A DNA stretch of 64,000 nucleotides from Eledone cirrhosa (taxonomy: Eukaryota). Shown piece after piece: positions 13,321 through 26,423 of the stretch. The stretch's first letter is position 1, and each line of letters opens with the position of its first letter. A program made the translations under genes and the position numbers. The stretch lies in the NCBI GenBank assembly GCA_964016885.1, contig OZ024741.1, forward strand, positions 310,124,001-310,188,000, read 5' to 3'. The notes under the pieces are model-generated. The model was not told the origin of the DNA. It searched no databases and worked only from the letters and a program-made list of their open reading frames with translations.

Positions 13321-16300
13321 AGCCCCAAAAGCACCCAGTACACACTGTCAATGTATTTGGCAGTAGGACGGGCATCCAGTCGTAGAAAACCAGCCAGAAA
13401 CACTCCTATAATAGCGAGACACAGTCACCCGACCCAACTTGCCTCTAAATGGGACCCATCTAACCCATGCTAGCATCGAAGATAGTCGTTAATCGAGGAT
13501 GATGATGATGATGATTATTGTAGTGGAGTGTCAGACTGTGTTGCTCTACCACCAAGTATTTAATTTTCATTCCTTTAGGTTCCACTTTTTTTACTTTGTT
13601 TTTCACCTCTCCAGGGTTAGAATAAATACACTGTATCATAGATCCAATGTATTATGTTCATTACCTACGAAAGTTGACCGAGTGGTGGGATGCAAGGTGG
13701 TAAAGTGCTGGTCTTAAGATTTTGATTTTATCCCTCTTAGTTTGGAGTTCAAAACTTACTTAACTCTCTTGGGTTGATAAAATATGTAGTTATTGTACAG
13801 TCCCTGGTCAACCTTGATTGAGCAGACCTTTGCTCAAGAGCATTTCTGATGTGACTAATGATTAAACTGATAATGATGATCATGATTATCTCTCTCTCTC
13901 ACACATGCATTTTGGTGCTGTAAATAGTATTTCATATTAACATAAGCACATATGCAAACATATTGCATGGTTTTATGTTTTGATTTCACCTTGATACATT
14001 ATGCGAGACTCTTCTACCATAGCTTTGAGTTGACCAATATCCTTTAAGTGCAATTTGATTGATGAAAACTTTCGAAGCCTGTCATGTATTTATGTGTATT
14101 GAACCTTCCAATTCCCATAATATATACACACACGCACACACTGTCCATGTTTCTATCACCTATGTATATCAGCAAGGTGGTAGAGTTGTCAGAACATTGG
14201 ATAGAATGCTTTGCACCTTTCATCCTTACCCTTTTCTTGCTAAACAAAATTTCAGTGGGGTCGATTTTTCCTCAATATTTCTTGCTAATTTTCTTTCACT
14301 CTCCCACCCTCTCTCTGAAAGAAATCAGTTGTGTTCAGACCTGGAAAGGGATGGGCCCCACCAGGTTTAAATACCATTACAACTCCATCAAGGATTAATC
14401 CTTTCATTCATTATCATATTACTAATGAGAGACATTTTGAAAACAACAAATTGTAGGAGTATAGTAATGTAACAAATATTCTTATTATAGAGTTGGTGTC
14501 AGGAACATAAATTAACAAAGGTTCTTACTTAAATTTTGATGGAAGGTTTTCAGATATATATATATATACACTATAAAATTGTTTTATATTGTAGAACTAA
14601 GAATGGTTTTAAGTGGTGGGTATCAAAAGATATTGGCTCTTCCTGACATCAACCTTTTTAGTAGTCTCTTACAACATGGTGAAATATATGAAACAAAAGA
14701 ATAGGGCACAAACATATAAAAAGCAGAGTACACAATCTGGTTGAAGCCAACTTGATTTGTATCATGAGTATCATTGACAAAGCCATGCATGTCACACACT
14801 CCTGCATGTCCTTTTCCTCCTATATTTGTGAATTATCTAAATAAGGAAGTAATAGCATATGTATACACACAAAAATATACATGAGTTAACCAGGGAGCTT
14901 CTATATGCAATTGTAACTTACTGAAAATACCAGCCAAATCTCCCTCAAACCATGCATTATCCTACCAGCTTATAAAAACCGTAGGACAAATTGTATAATG
15001 TAGTGCTGGGTACATTATGCCTCCCACCTAAAAAAAAAATGTTCATAGCTGGAATGCTTTTGAAGTTCTATCTAGATCAACTTGGGGTACAACAACAGTT
15101 CTATTGACAATGTGAGTTCTTATTGGGGGTGGGTTTGGGGGGGGGGGGGGGGTAAGCCACAGCTTTATATAGTGTATGTGCTTACTTTGAGGTTAATCTA
15201 CTCTCTATACACTGTTTATTAGGTGGTTAAACAAATTTATATAAACTGTTTACATGGGGGGGGGGGATTAAACAATAACTATATAAACTCTGTATGTGTG
15301 AGTGTTTACTAAGGGGTTTAACCATAACTATGTACACTGTTTACTTAGTGTATATATAGTTGTTTGACCCTATGTATGTTTACTTACGGGTTAAACAATT
15401 CTATATACACTGAGTGTTTACTTCTGATCTGGAACAAGATTTTCCAAACAATTCTGATCACCTGCATCTCTGCAGACATCTGTTCTTACTTGAATCAACA
15501 GGAGCTTCTTACGTGGTCATTCTATCTGCTAGAAATAGCAGCCAAATCTTCATATCACACCATAGCAGTTTAAAGGAGGAAAAGCACCTTTGTTAATGAT
15601 TTAATTTTAGATGTATTAACCTAGGACAGAAAGCTCCCCAGTCTCATGATGGTCGAGTCCGGAACCCCCTTATATTAGCTTTGACTTTATGCTAAACAAC
15701 ATTGTTTTAGCTGGTTCTTGTTTTTCTTATCCTTCCTTCTCTGATAATGATACATCTCTCTTGCCTGGCCCTGCCCTCTCAATTATCCAACCTCAATCCC
15801 CATCTGATATCCTCTGCCTAATCCTCCCCTCTCAAACACCTCACCAATGTTATCCTCTCTTTGATATCAATTCAGTATTTTCTCCTTCACCGATATAACA
15901 CCAGTGTTCTCTTGGCTAGCCCTTTCTCCTTTTACTGTTCTTTTGGAGCCCATTCCTGTAAACATACAGACCTTACTACCAGTTATCATTTAACCCCAAA
16001 TCAACTCTGATGAAGCAGACATACAATCATAAGCATTCCAGTCATGAATAGACTACCCATTCTCTACTTTCTTTTTCAAGCTTTTAATTTAAGGGAGATT
16101 TAGCTGCTTTTTCTAGGCAAGCTAGATGTGTCTTCTTAACATGGCGTGTATTATGTACATCTACTCTTTCTATCTTTATCATCTTATTTTTACATGTATG
16201 CTCAGGTCCCAAATAATGTGTGTGGGGGGGGGGGTGTCTGAAAAATTAATTGGTGGTGGCGATTATTCAAGACCTAAGAACATGTGTTTATATGCATCAA

Positions 16301-18759
16301 ATTTATGTATGTAGACAGCAAATTGGCTGAGCTTTTAGAATGTTTGATAGAATGCTTTGCAGTGTTTGTTCTGAGCTCAACTTTGTCTTTCAGTCTTTCA
16401 AGGTTGATAAAACACCAGTCCAGTACTAGGATCGATTCTTCCACTATATCTCATTCTCATCTATGTTCAGATCTGGAGAATTGATGGGCTTCACCAGGTT
16501 TAAAGTGCCCAAGCAACTATATGTCACTATGGCGCCCCTAACGTTGTCATTAGTGGAGAGAGAGTTTGACAGCTTTGGATAGACAAGGCAAATGTAAAGC
16601 CAGTGATTCATCAAAATTTTGCAAGCATTTTCATTACATGTTTATGTATGTGTGTATATATATACACACACACAGACAAACATTAGTTGGTAAACATGAC
16701 ATGAGTTCTATTTTACTTATATTGGAAATTGCGAAAAGAATTATGGTAATTTTCATAAAATTATGATAAACGGTAAATTGTTTTTTTTTTTAACTTACCA
16801 TGAATTTGAATTTTTTTTAAACAACTGACATTGTGAAGACGTCGTTTAGTTTTTAAAATTTATCACGAATTTCAATTTTTTTTTAACAATCTCTGTTGTA
16901 AAGGAGAAATATAGTTCTTTTGGGGTTTCATCAAGGTATGATTAAGAAGTATGCTTTACACCCCTCATGGTTTCAAGTTAGGTTGCTTGTGGGGTACCTT
17001 TGTACAAGTGTCTTCTATCAAAGCCTCAGATTGACCAATACCTCTTGAATGGAATTATTTTGATAGAAACTGATTTTATATATATATATATATATAAATA
17101 TAAATTTAGCGAGAATCGCATTTCGGCAGGTAGAAATTAGCGAAACGCAACTTCCATATTGTGCAGACAAGCGCTCCATGGATATGAAGAAGATACCAGA
17201 GCTATAAACATAAGTTAAAATGGTCATACACGCTGAGACGATGGTTAAGAAGCTATATATATATATATTAATGGTCCCCTAACTCCTGATAGTCATAGGG
17301 GCACCATATTGACATACATTTCTTGGGCATTTTAAGCCTGGCAGAGCCCATCCCTCTCCAGGTCTGAGTACAGCAGATTTCTTCCAGAGAAAGAGGAAAT
17401 GAAAAAAAGATATAGAGGAAGAATCAACCCAGTACTAGACTGGTACTTTTTTTTTATCAACATCGAAAGGATGAAAGGCAAAGTTGACTTTGGTGGGATT
17501 TGAATTCAGAGAGCTGGAACGAATACCATAGAGCATTCTATCTGACGTTCTAATGACTGTCCATTTGATACCTCTCTCTCTATATGTATATCCCCTTTCT
17601 ACATCCATCTCACACCTCCCAGGACAGGTCGCTGGCCCATTACCAGTTTTTCTGGAGATTGCAATATATTTTTTGACTGGGCTGCTCTACTTAATGTGTG
17701 TGTGTGTGTTTTTTTTTCTGTGCGTTAATGCCCATGTATATTGGGGAGACAATCACAGAAGTTGATGCATCTAGAACAAAGACTCTTACAATATATAATT
17801 GTTCTACACCGAGTTACAGGCATTCACTTGTCACTCTTGCCATCAGAAATGCAGTGATTAGTTGTTTGGAAACCTGTAACTGATGATGCTGTTGTTTACC
17901 AATTGCGTTATAAAATTTATTCAAGATTCAGAAGAAATACAAAAGAGAAAACAACTTGTTTGCAGTCTCTTTCTAATTAATTATAATTAATTAGTCTATC
18001 AAAAAGTCAACAGTTGATTTCATACATCACGTATATTTTAGGATACCATTTCTTGATTTAAAAAAAAAAAAAAAAGAATCATTGACTCTTTTTTTTTTTT
18101 TTTAAAATAATTTAATTATTATTTTTTCAATGTTAAACTGTCAAAACTTTTTGATGCAATTAACATGGCTGAAATCTCCACTTCAAAACAAAAAAATTAT
18201 GTATGTTTGTGCTGTGTGTGTATGCTTGTATTGTGTGAAAGTGTGTGTGTTATGTATGTGTTGCATGTGCAGTAAATATACATAAGGAATACCTCATTAT
18301 AAAATACTATTCTGATAATTATTAAATGCTCATAAAGTTGGTTAGTTTCTCAGGGAAAACTTTTTCCAACTTACCTGAAAGATGTCTTTAAATATATAAT
18401 ATATATATATGATATGATATATATAAAGAATATATATAATATATATACAAGAAAGGAAAATAAAACTTCATTAACCTTCTCATTTATTAGACTTGCAATA
18501 AATAGCAATAATGGCTTTTATGCAAATAGGTTGTTTTTATTTTATTTTATTACATACAAAATGAAATTTCATCATTATTAATCATTATCAAGTTATTAGA
18601 TAATTTCAATTAAGAATTTTTAACTGGCAAAATAAATAAAAAAATACAACACACACACAGTGCAGGCATGGCTGTGTGGTTAAGGAGTTCCCCTTGCAAC
18701 CAGATGATTTTAAATGCCTTGGAAAAGTGTCTTCTTCTATAGCTTCATGTTGAACAAAT

Positions 18760-19910
18760 CTCCGGATAACAAAATCAGGTGGCAGTAGGAAGAAACATAA
18801 AAAGAAAACCAGTGTTGGAGTTACCTTGGAAGAGATTTATTGGTCCCTATATTTCGGATTTCACATCCATGGACGGACGGATGGGGTGGGGGTTCTCAAG
18901 AGAAATAGGTATATCGGAGAAGGGTAAATGTGTGGCTCTTTATCTGCAGTTTGCGTATTATTGAATGATATCGTGCATCAGTGACTATTCTCTATTGAGC
19001 GTGCAGTATCGGTGCAGTCATTTAAGTTCGTTAGAGTTAGTAGTCATTCTCACTAGAGCGAGGAGTGGTAGGTTTGCGTGACCACACCAGTGTTGCTGAT
19101 TCCTTATGTTCTGGTAGTTAGGTGGGTGTAAGATGGTGACATGCAGTGTCTGTGAGTATGTCAGCTAGTGATATATACAATTTACAATAACATTCACTCG
19201 TCTGTTATTGTGTGTGATTGTTCTATTTAAACCAGCCATCTCGTTTCACTCCTCTCGGATCAATTATTGATTGGTGGTTCCAGTTGTTTTATCTAAAGTG
19301 ATTTGTTGATCCTTAGAGTTCCGATGTTGCGCTCCATTGCTAGTACTGTGACAGTGAGTCCTCTGTCCTTATTTCTGCATTTGGTGATGTATTTTAGCAA
19401 AGACGAAGCTCTAGTGCTAACGTGCTCTTTGATCTGGATGTGCACGATCAAATGGTGCTGCCAATGTAGAAATCCTTGCACTTGTCACATGTGATCTTAT
19501 AGACGATGTAGGTGCACAAGCAACAGTTTGTTTGGCATATTAGGCAGTTGAGGGAACATTTATTATCTGCGTTGTAAAATTTCCTGGAGAGGCATCTCCG
19601 TAGGGAGGGTCTTGTGTGGGCCAAATGGATGTTGAGACCCTCCCTACGTATGGATCTGCGGATAGTGCTGGGAGTTTCTTTGGCCCAGGAGCATGATCTT
19701 GAGGAAGCACTTATCCTTCAGGTATCTCTGCCTCCTGTGTCTGGGGTCCCTTAGTTCGTTAGTAAAAGATGCTGGGTAGCTGTTTGTTTCCAACACCCTG
19801 TAGAACGGCTTGGTTTGGGTGAAACTATTCAAGGGATCACTCTGGTCTATCTCTTATTCGCGTGACATCATTGTGATGTACCCTCTTTTTGCAGTGTTAG
19901 GGAGGGTGGA
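18760..19910 (-). mobile_element. Penelope-like retroelement 3' fragment (GIY-YIG endonuclease remnant plus pLTR-like tail)
   Basis: Minus strand ~19300-19560 gives CLICQTNCC...IVYKITCDKCKDFYIGST...IKEH, a PLE-type GIY-YIG motif; frameshifted. Confidence 0.7.
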
Positions 19911-20322
19911 TCAACTTAAACACACATTTATATATATACATATATATTTTACACACACATGCACACATATACATACAATTATAATGAGTGTAATCGAAGT
20001 TGCAGATTTGCATCCGATTTTCGAAGGCTGTCACAAAGCACTCTATGAGAGAGTAATTAATAAATTACTCGTCAGAGTGAGCACAATATGTTAAGTAATA
20101 GTGATACAATGAACAATGCGTCCAGAGGTATGTTGCTACATTAATACTACAACAATGAAAAATGTATATATATATATATATATATGATGATGATGGATGC
20201 AATTTTGAGTAATGCCATCGCTTGACACTTAAGCATGAAAATCGTAGAAATCATACGCACATGAACGTGTCAGCAAGATGTATTCATCTGACCAGTTTCA
20301 GAACCTGACAAACCGTTTAAGT

Positions 20323-21460
20323 CACAGGTTCTCAACCCATTTAGGCCAAAGCCCCCGACTGCAACTACAAATAAAAAAATTGTTAGTTTGCTTCATAACA
20401 ATAGCATATCCAAGTTTTTGAATAAATCGACTTATTTTAACTTTGACCTCATTTCAATGAGACGTTTGAGCTTCATGGAGTCTAGCTAACACTGACGTCG
20501 GGCTGAATTTTCTAAGATGAAGGATTTTTAATTATAATTACATTGTAGCAGTTGCGAGCCTTACTGTGCACTCTGGAAATAACGCCAAACCTCCTCTCGA
20601 CTAAGTATGAGCTTGGAAAAGGCAGAGCAAATTTCTTAGCCTCTGCATGTAGGAGTGGAAATCGATGCTGAAATTCCTCTTGCATCCAAAAAAAGGGTTC
20701 ACATATTTTGGAAAATCTAATTTTGATCATGTCAGCTGTTTGAAGTTCAATGAATTCTTCCTGAAATTTAACGTCCAAATCATTGACGTTAGCTATGAAG
20801 GGATCTGCTATCCACATTGGGATGTCCATCTGCAAAAGGTCAACAAACTGTTCTTCTCATGTTATCTTGTAGCGCATGGAGGTGAGCATTATAAATTTAG
20901 AGTTGAACATTGGCGACACTAGGAAAATTATAGAAGTCCCGTTGACAAAGATTCCTTTTGATGACATTCAATTTGGCCAGGAATGTTTTCACAGCATTCC
21001 TTGCTTTAAGCAAGGTGATCTTCTCTCCCTGCAAAGCCATAATGAGGCTATTGCATTTGTCAAAGATGTCGGCAAAGTAGGCACAGTCTTGCCTCACATC
21101 GAGGGTTTTCTTGTACAGTTCTGTGTTGCATCCTTGAAGAAACTCTGATAGAGTCGAACGGTTCAAAGAAGCAAGTAAGGCACTTGCGCTTTGAAAGCCA
21201 CCTCACTTCAGTATGAAGGAGCAACTCGAATTCTTCGTCAATATCTTGGCACAGTAGCCAGAAAATTCGTTCATTGAGGGCATCGCGTTTGATAAAATTA
21301 ATGACATCAATGGCCACCTGCAAGGACTTGTTCAGCTTCTTCGCAGTCAAGTGTTGTCGATGAATGACACAATGAACAGCAAATACAGATGGATTTCCTC
21401 TCTTCAGAAGTGAGACGAAACCCTTATGTTGGCCGACCATTGCTCTTGCGCCGTCCGTAG
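20323..21460 (-). mobile_element. hAT (Buster/Charlie/ZBED8-like) DNA transposon, 3' half, pseudogenised
   Basis: ORF pieces IATDGARAMVG, VHCVIHRQHL, LLHTEVRWLS, PFPSSYLVE and C-terminal HEAQTSH*; TIR-like cacaggttctcaacc at ~20323; 5' part lost at the junction with the Gypsy LTR. Confidence 0.88.
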
Positions 21461-22012
21461 CAATATTCAAGTTGAACATTGAATGATAAAATCTATAACA
21501 TGAAATATTCGTACAATGAGTTGGTGGCTCTACGATCCACGTAAATGCAAGTATCACAGAATACGATTATAATATAATTTGTATTGTATCTGAAAGATAC
21601 AATATGACAGACAGAATTGGTGCGTGTAAAATGCAAACAGTGTGAACTTACTATGTGTGTGTATTAGTATACTTTCTTGTCTTAGCAGTAGTAGGATTCA
21701 ATCAGCCAGGCGGGAATGGCGTGAGAAATTAGTGGGCAGACTGGTTTTTTCGTGGCGAGAGCGTGTAAATGAGACCTGTCTTGTCTGCAGTCTCACTTTT
21801 TCTGCCCGGCGCAAACAACCTTTGTATTTATAAGAGTTGCAGTTAGAAGGATAGATATATCATCTGACCTCTTTTCTGCCAGGCGTAAACAACCTCTGAC
21901 CTGTGTTTAGCATCTCCCAAGGGGTTGGTCTGCCGGGCGTAAACAACTAACCATGGCTTGTCCCAGAGGCTGGAAAGCTCAGATTCGGTTTCGAATCTTC
22001 GCCGCCGTTATA
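21461..22012 (-). repeat. 3' LTR of Gypsy A (truncated ~125 bp at its distal end)
   Basis: Aligns to 26548-27152, including the terminal agattcggtttcgaatcttcgccgccgt. Confidence 0.85.
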
Positions 22013-22336
22013 GTACCCTCTTCCAGTGAGAAAGCTAAAGATAAATTAAGATAGATATGACTAGAAAATCAAAAAAATAAAAATACATTAAAGTCATTTA
22101 CAAAATGGCTAAATGAAAGAAAACATGCAAAGCAAAACAAATTTACATGCAGGAAAATGTACTGTGATGTTACATAAAATTGAAAATGTTCATACGAAAA
22201 GTTCATTCATTTCATAGAAATGGAAAAATGTTCTTTTGTCTGTTCTTTTGATGTGTATGATGCACAGAGTCAATTAATTTGTGTGTAGCGATAGTTCATG
22301 ACCACAGAAATTGGCCGATTCGTTGAAATGTACAAA

Positions 22337-25300
22337 TTAGCCGAAATGTCGACCAGGTGCATAATTTGTACTTACCCGATAAACTTGTAAGTATCGCGTG
22401 GGCCATCGAACTGTTCTTCCAGATTTGGTGTGTCGGGGTTGTGCAGAATTTGTCGTGTTTGTGTCGGGCAAAGTTGGTGAGTTTGCTGGAGAAACGGTGG
22501 GTACTGGTGGTAAATCCTGTTCCATGAACACTTTTTTTAAACGGTCAATGGAGACAGTATATCGTTTCCCGTTCAAGTCGAGGACGAAATACTTAGGGCA
22601 TTTCTGTATCACCTTATAGGGCCCAGAATACGGTGGACGAAGTTCTGATAGAATACCGTCATTTCTAACGAAAACAAGCGTCTATGTATCAATGTCTTTT
22701 GGTATGTGCGAAGTAACGTGCTGTTGTTTAGGGGCTGAAGGAAACAGATGTGACATCGATGACCGTAAACGGTGCACATATTTTGTTGGGTCTGGAAATT
22801 CTTGTGGCGAAACAGGAGCGATCACTTGCCCGGGTAGAGCGAGTACGGTGCCATAAACTATTTCAGCCGGAGAATGTCCGACTCCCTCCTTATCAGTGGA
22901 ACAAATACCAAGAAGAATAAGTGGGAGGTATTCGAACCAGTTAGTAGAGTCTGCGTAAGCCTTGATGGCTGCTTTTAGCTGACGGTGGAAACGTTCTACC
23001 ATGCCGTTAGCTGCAGAGTGATACGCTGTTGTACGGATGTGTTTACACCCAAGGAGATGAGTCAGCTCGGTAAAGAGGTGCGAATCGAACTGACGTCCTC
23101 TATCCGTAGTGATGGTCGCGGGTGTGCTGCCGAAACGCGAAACCCAGTAAAACACTAGCGTTTTGGCGACAGTTTCCGCGGTAATATCCGTCAGGGGAAA
23201 AGCTTTTGGCCAGCGAGAAAATCTGTCAACACAGGTGAGAGGATGAATGTAGTTGTGAGAAGGAGGCAAAGGTCCAACGATGTCTATGTGCACATGTTGG
23301 AACCGTGCATCAGGTGTTGCGAAAGAACCGATCGGGGCTTTGATGTGCCGGTGAATTTTCGCCTTCTAGCACGCGATACAGTTCCTAGCCCATTCGCGGG
23401 TGTCCTTGTTGATGTTGGGCCACACAAAGCAAGCAACCATTAGTTTCTGCGTGGCACGGACGCCAGGATGTGCCAGAGAATGCAGTGCCGAAAAAGAGTT
23501 GTGTCGATGTTTCCGGGGCACGTATGGGCGCTCGTGGCCTGTGGAGATGTCGCACCAAATATAACCCGAAGAAGAGGGCAGCGAGCATTCCTGCAATTTC
23601 AAGGAGGATTTCCGTAGCTGTAGCAATTCCTCGTCATCCTGTTGATCCGCAGCAATCTTCTGGAGATCGATAGTGGCAGTGGTGTGGATTGCGTTAAGCT
23701 CCATGTGCGAGAGGGCATCAGCTGCTGAGTTGGTAGCACCCTTAATGTACCGAATGTCAGTAGTGTACTGAGAAATGAAGTCCAGATGTCGGACCTCCCT
23801 GGGTGAGTAGCGATCAGGCTTGGCGTTGAACGTGTACACTAGTGGTTTGTGGTCGGTGTATATGGAGAACATACGACCTTCTAGCATGTGTCGAAAATGC
23901 TTGACAGCAAGGTATGCTGCCAATAATTTACGACTGAATGTGCTGTACTTAGTTTCGGCGGGTTTTAATCGCTTAGAGAAAAAAGATACAGGGCACCAAA
24001 TATCGCCAGAGAGTTGTTGAAGCACACCCCAAACTCCGAAATCGGATGCATCAGTCAATAAACACATTGGGGCGTCAGGTTTGGGGTAACTTAGCATTGT
24101 AGCCTCGGACAACATTTTCTTCAACTCAGCGAAAGCGGTACATTCTTTTTCACTAAGATTGATGTTCGCGTTTTTGGTTGTATGCTGCCGCAGCAAATCT
24201 GTGAGCGGTTGGGCTGTCTCTGCACAGTGAGGGTATAAATCTTCTGTAGAAGTTCACCAGGCCAAGAAATTCTCTCAGTTTGCAGAGAGATGTGGGCTGT
24301 GGAAAATCAATGATGGATTTGACTTTCTCCTTAAGTGGGCGAATGCCATCTTCATCAATGATGTGTCCCAGAAAATGAAGGGACGCAACTTCGAACTCAC
24401 ACTTGCTGGGGTTGATAACAATTCCATATTCACGCAAACGTGCGAATAACAGGTGCAGGTACCTCTCATGTTCTTCATCGGAGCCGCTAACCACCAGTAA
24501 GTCGTCGATGTATGCGTATACAAAAGGTAGACCTCTGGTGACTGTATCGATGAATCGTTGGAATGTCTGCGCTGCATTACGCAACCCGACAGGCATACGC
24601 AGGAATGCGAACATTCCAAAGGGTGTTGTGACGGCGGTCTTCGGAATATCAACGGGCTCCACAGGTATCTGATTGAAAGCTCGCACAAGATCGATCTTCG
24701 AAAATATGTGAGCTCCGTGCAGTGAACTAGAGAAGTCCTGTAGATGAGGCACTGGATAAGGGTCAGGCACGGTGCAGTTTTTCAGTGCACGGTGGTCGCC
24801 ATAGATTCGCCAGTCGTTTGACGACTTCTTGGGTACACAATGTATGGGTGAGGACCAGTTGCTGCAGTATGATGCCGAGATCTAGTATGTGTTGAAATTC
24901 TTGTCTGACGGACTTCAGACGGTCTGATGGTAGCCTTCTTGGTCGTGCAGCGACAGGTGGGCCGTGTGTTTTTATGTGGTGGGTGACGTCATATCTTACA
25001 GGGCAGGCGTTGAATACTGGTCGAGCTACGTCTGGGTATTTGTTGATTATATAGCTGTGCCGGGTTGTTGTTGCCGATCGTGAAATAACTGGACTGACTG
25101 TGGCTGTCCGAGCGGCTATGCCGCGCACAGCGAGACCAGTGGAGTTGTCAACGAGTCATTGGTTTTTCAGGTCCACTAGCAGTGAGAAGTGCTGAAGAAA
25201 ATCAGCTCCTAAAATAGGAGTCGGTAGCTTAGCCACAATGAATACCCACTGGAAAGTGCGGCGTAGTCCTAAATTTAGTGTCAGGGACTGCTCTCCGTAG

Positions 25301-25520
25301 GTCGGAATATGTGAATGATTCACCGCTTGGAGCCAGGCTGGTGTTTCTTTCCTTTTTCCAGGAACGCAGGAAACCGGGATAATGCTGACTTCAGCACCGG
25401 TGTCGACCAGGAAACGCGTGCATGTGACGCGATCTTGGATGTAAAACAGGCGACTTTGATTATTAGGGCCAGAAAAGTCCGTCGCATTCAGTTTTCTGGC
25501 TGTGTCGTTTCCCTAATTCG
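22337..25520 (-). pseudogene. Gypsy A pol (aspartic protease, RT, RNase H, integrase), frameshifted
   Basis: FLVDTGAEVS (PR); [19 protein letters not shown] and YIDD (RT); TDASD and YTDHKPL (RNase H); [21 protein letters not shown] and NGMVERFH (IN). Confidence 0.9.
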
Positions 25521-25650
25521 ACATCGACACAAATGAACAGGGATGGCTGCTCTTGCGCGCCCGTCTTCCGAATTTTTGGTGGTACCAATACATTTCCGGT
25601 GAATCATGGGATGCGTTCGGACTTCTTGAGCAACCACCAAATCGGCGAGT

Positions 25651-26370
25651 TCAACTGTTAGACCGACGCGTAGCAGGGTTACCCAGTGATAAGGCCTGAA
25701 TTTGTTGCGTCAAGGCCTGTATCTGTGTTGTTTGCTGTGCCAGTAACTGGTGTAGATCGGGCATCTCTGTGGAACTGGAGGGCTGAAGAAAAGGATTGGT
25801 GGGAGGCACGGCTGGCGTCACATTCGCTAAAGTTGAGTGCGGATGTGGTACCTCCATGATCTTATCTGCCAGCTCGGTGAGTTCTTCTATGGTGGTGGAC
25901 TCCCTGGTGGATGCTAGTACAACTTGTGTGGCAGAAGGCAATCGCTGGAGGAAGAGTTGCTTGAAAATTTCATCCGGGAGTTTATGTTCACCCAGAAGCT
26001 GCTTCATTCGCCGTAGGAGTTGCGTCGGCTTTTTATCTCCTAATTCCTCCGATATGAGGAACTGGTGTAAACGCTTCTGCTGCGACTTCGACGTCCGCTT
26101 AACTAATGTTCTTTTAAATGTGTCATATGACACAGAGCCGGGTGGTGCTAAAATGAGGTCTCGAACCTCATTTATAATCTCTGGAGGCATCGAACCGATG
26201 ACATGTGTGAGACGGGATGCCTCGCTAACGATCCGGTTCGATGCGAACTGCGCTTCGATGTGTGCGAACCACAGTGTTGGATCGTGCACCCAGAATGGTG
26301 GAATCCTTAATGTAAATGCCGCCCTGACTGCCATTTCTGCCGTAGATGAATCGTCGTGTGCTAGAGACAT
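25651..26370 (-). CDS. Gypsy A Gag (capsid region open; a premature TGA precedes the CHCC-like nucleocapsid segment)
   Basis: IPPFWVHDPTLWFAHIEAQF...EELGDKKPTQLLRRMKQL...LFLQRLP motifs; the same frame continues after the TGA into YWYHQKFGRRARKSSHPC. Confidence 0.85.
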   Translation of the reverse strand: MSLAHDDSSTAEMAVRAAFTLRIPPFWVHDPTLWFAHIEAQFASNRIVSEASRLTHVIGSMPPEIINEVRDLILAPPGSVSYDTFKRTLVKRTSKSQQKRLHQFLISEELGDKKPTQLLRRMKQLLGEHKLPDEIFKQLFLQRLPSATQVVLASTRESTTIEELTELADKIMEVPHPHSTLANVTPAVPPTNPFLQPSSSTEMPDLHQLLAQQTTQIQALTQQIQALSLGNPATRRSNS

Positions 26371-26384
26371 CGTTTGTAGTGGAT

Positions 26385-26421
26385 GATCAGAAGGTTGTGT
26401 GTCTGTTTTACGGGATCACCA
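26385..26421 (-). promoter_or_regulatory. Primer-binding site of Gypsy A, tRNA-Trp, bipartite/extended
   Basis: Plus strand cgggatcacca (26411-26421) matches the tRNA-Trp 3' end CGGGGTCACCA; gatcagaaggttgtgtgt (26385-26402) matches tRNA-Trp GATCAGAAGGTTGCGTGT. Confidence 0.85.
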
Positions 26422-26423
26422 GT

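Noticed and set aside
18830-18910. Hammerhead remnant in the tail of the 19-kb Penelope-like fragment
   Set aside because: Only GAAATATA and a hairpin are visible; the CUGANGA core is not intact.
25796-26386. 196-aa antisense ORF over Gypsy A gag (and similar ones over both pol regions)
   Set aside because: Shadow ORFs of GC-richer coding sequence with no independent features.
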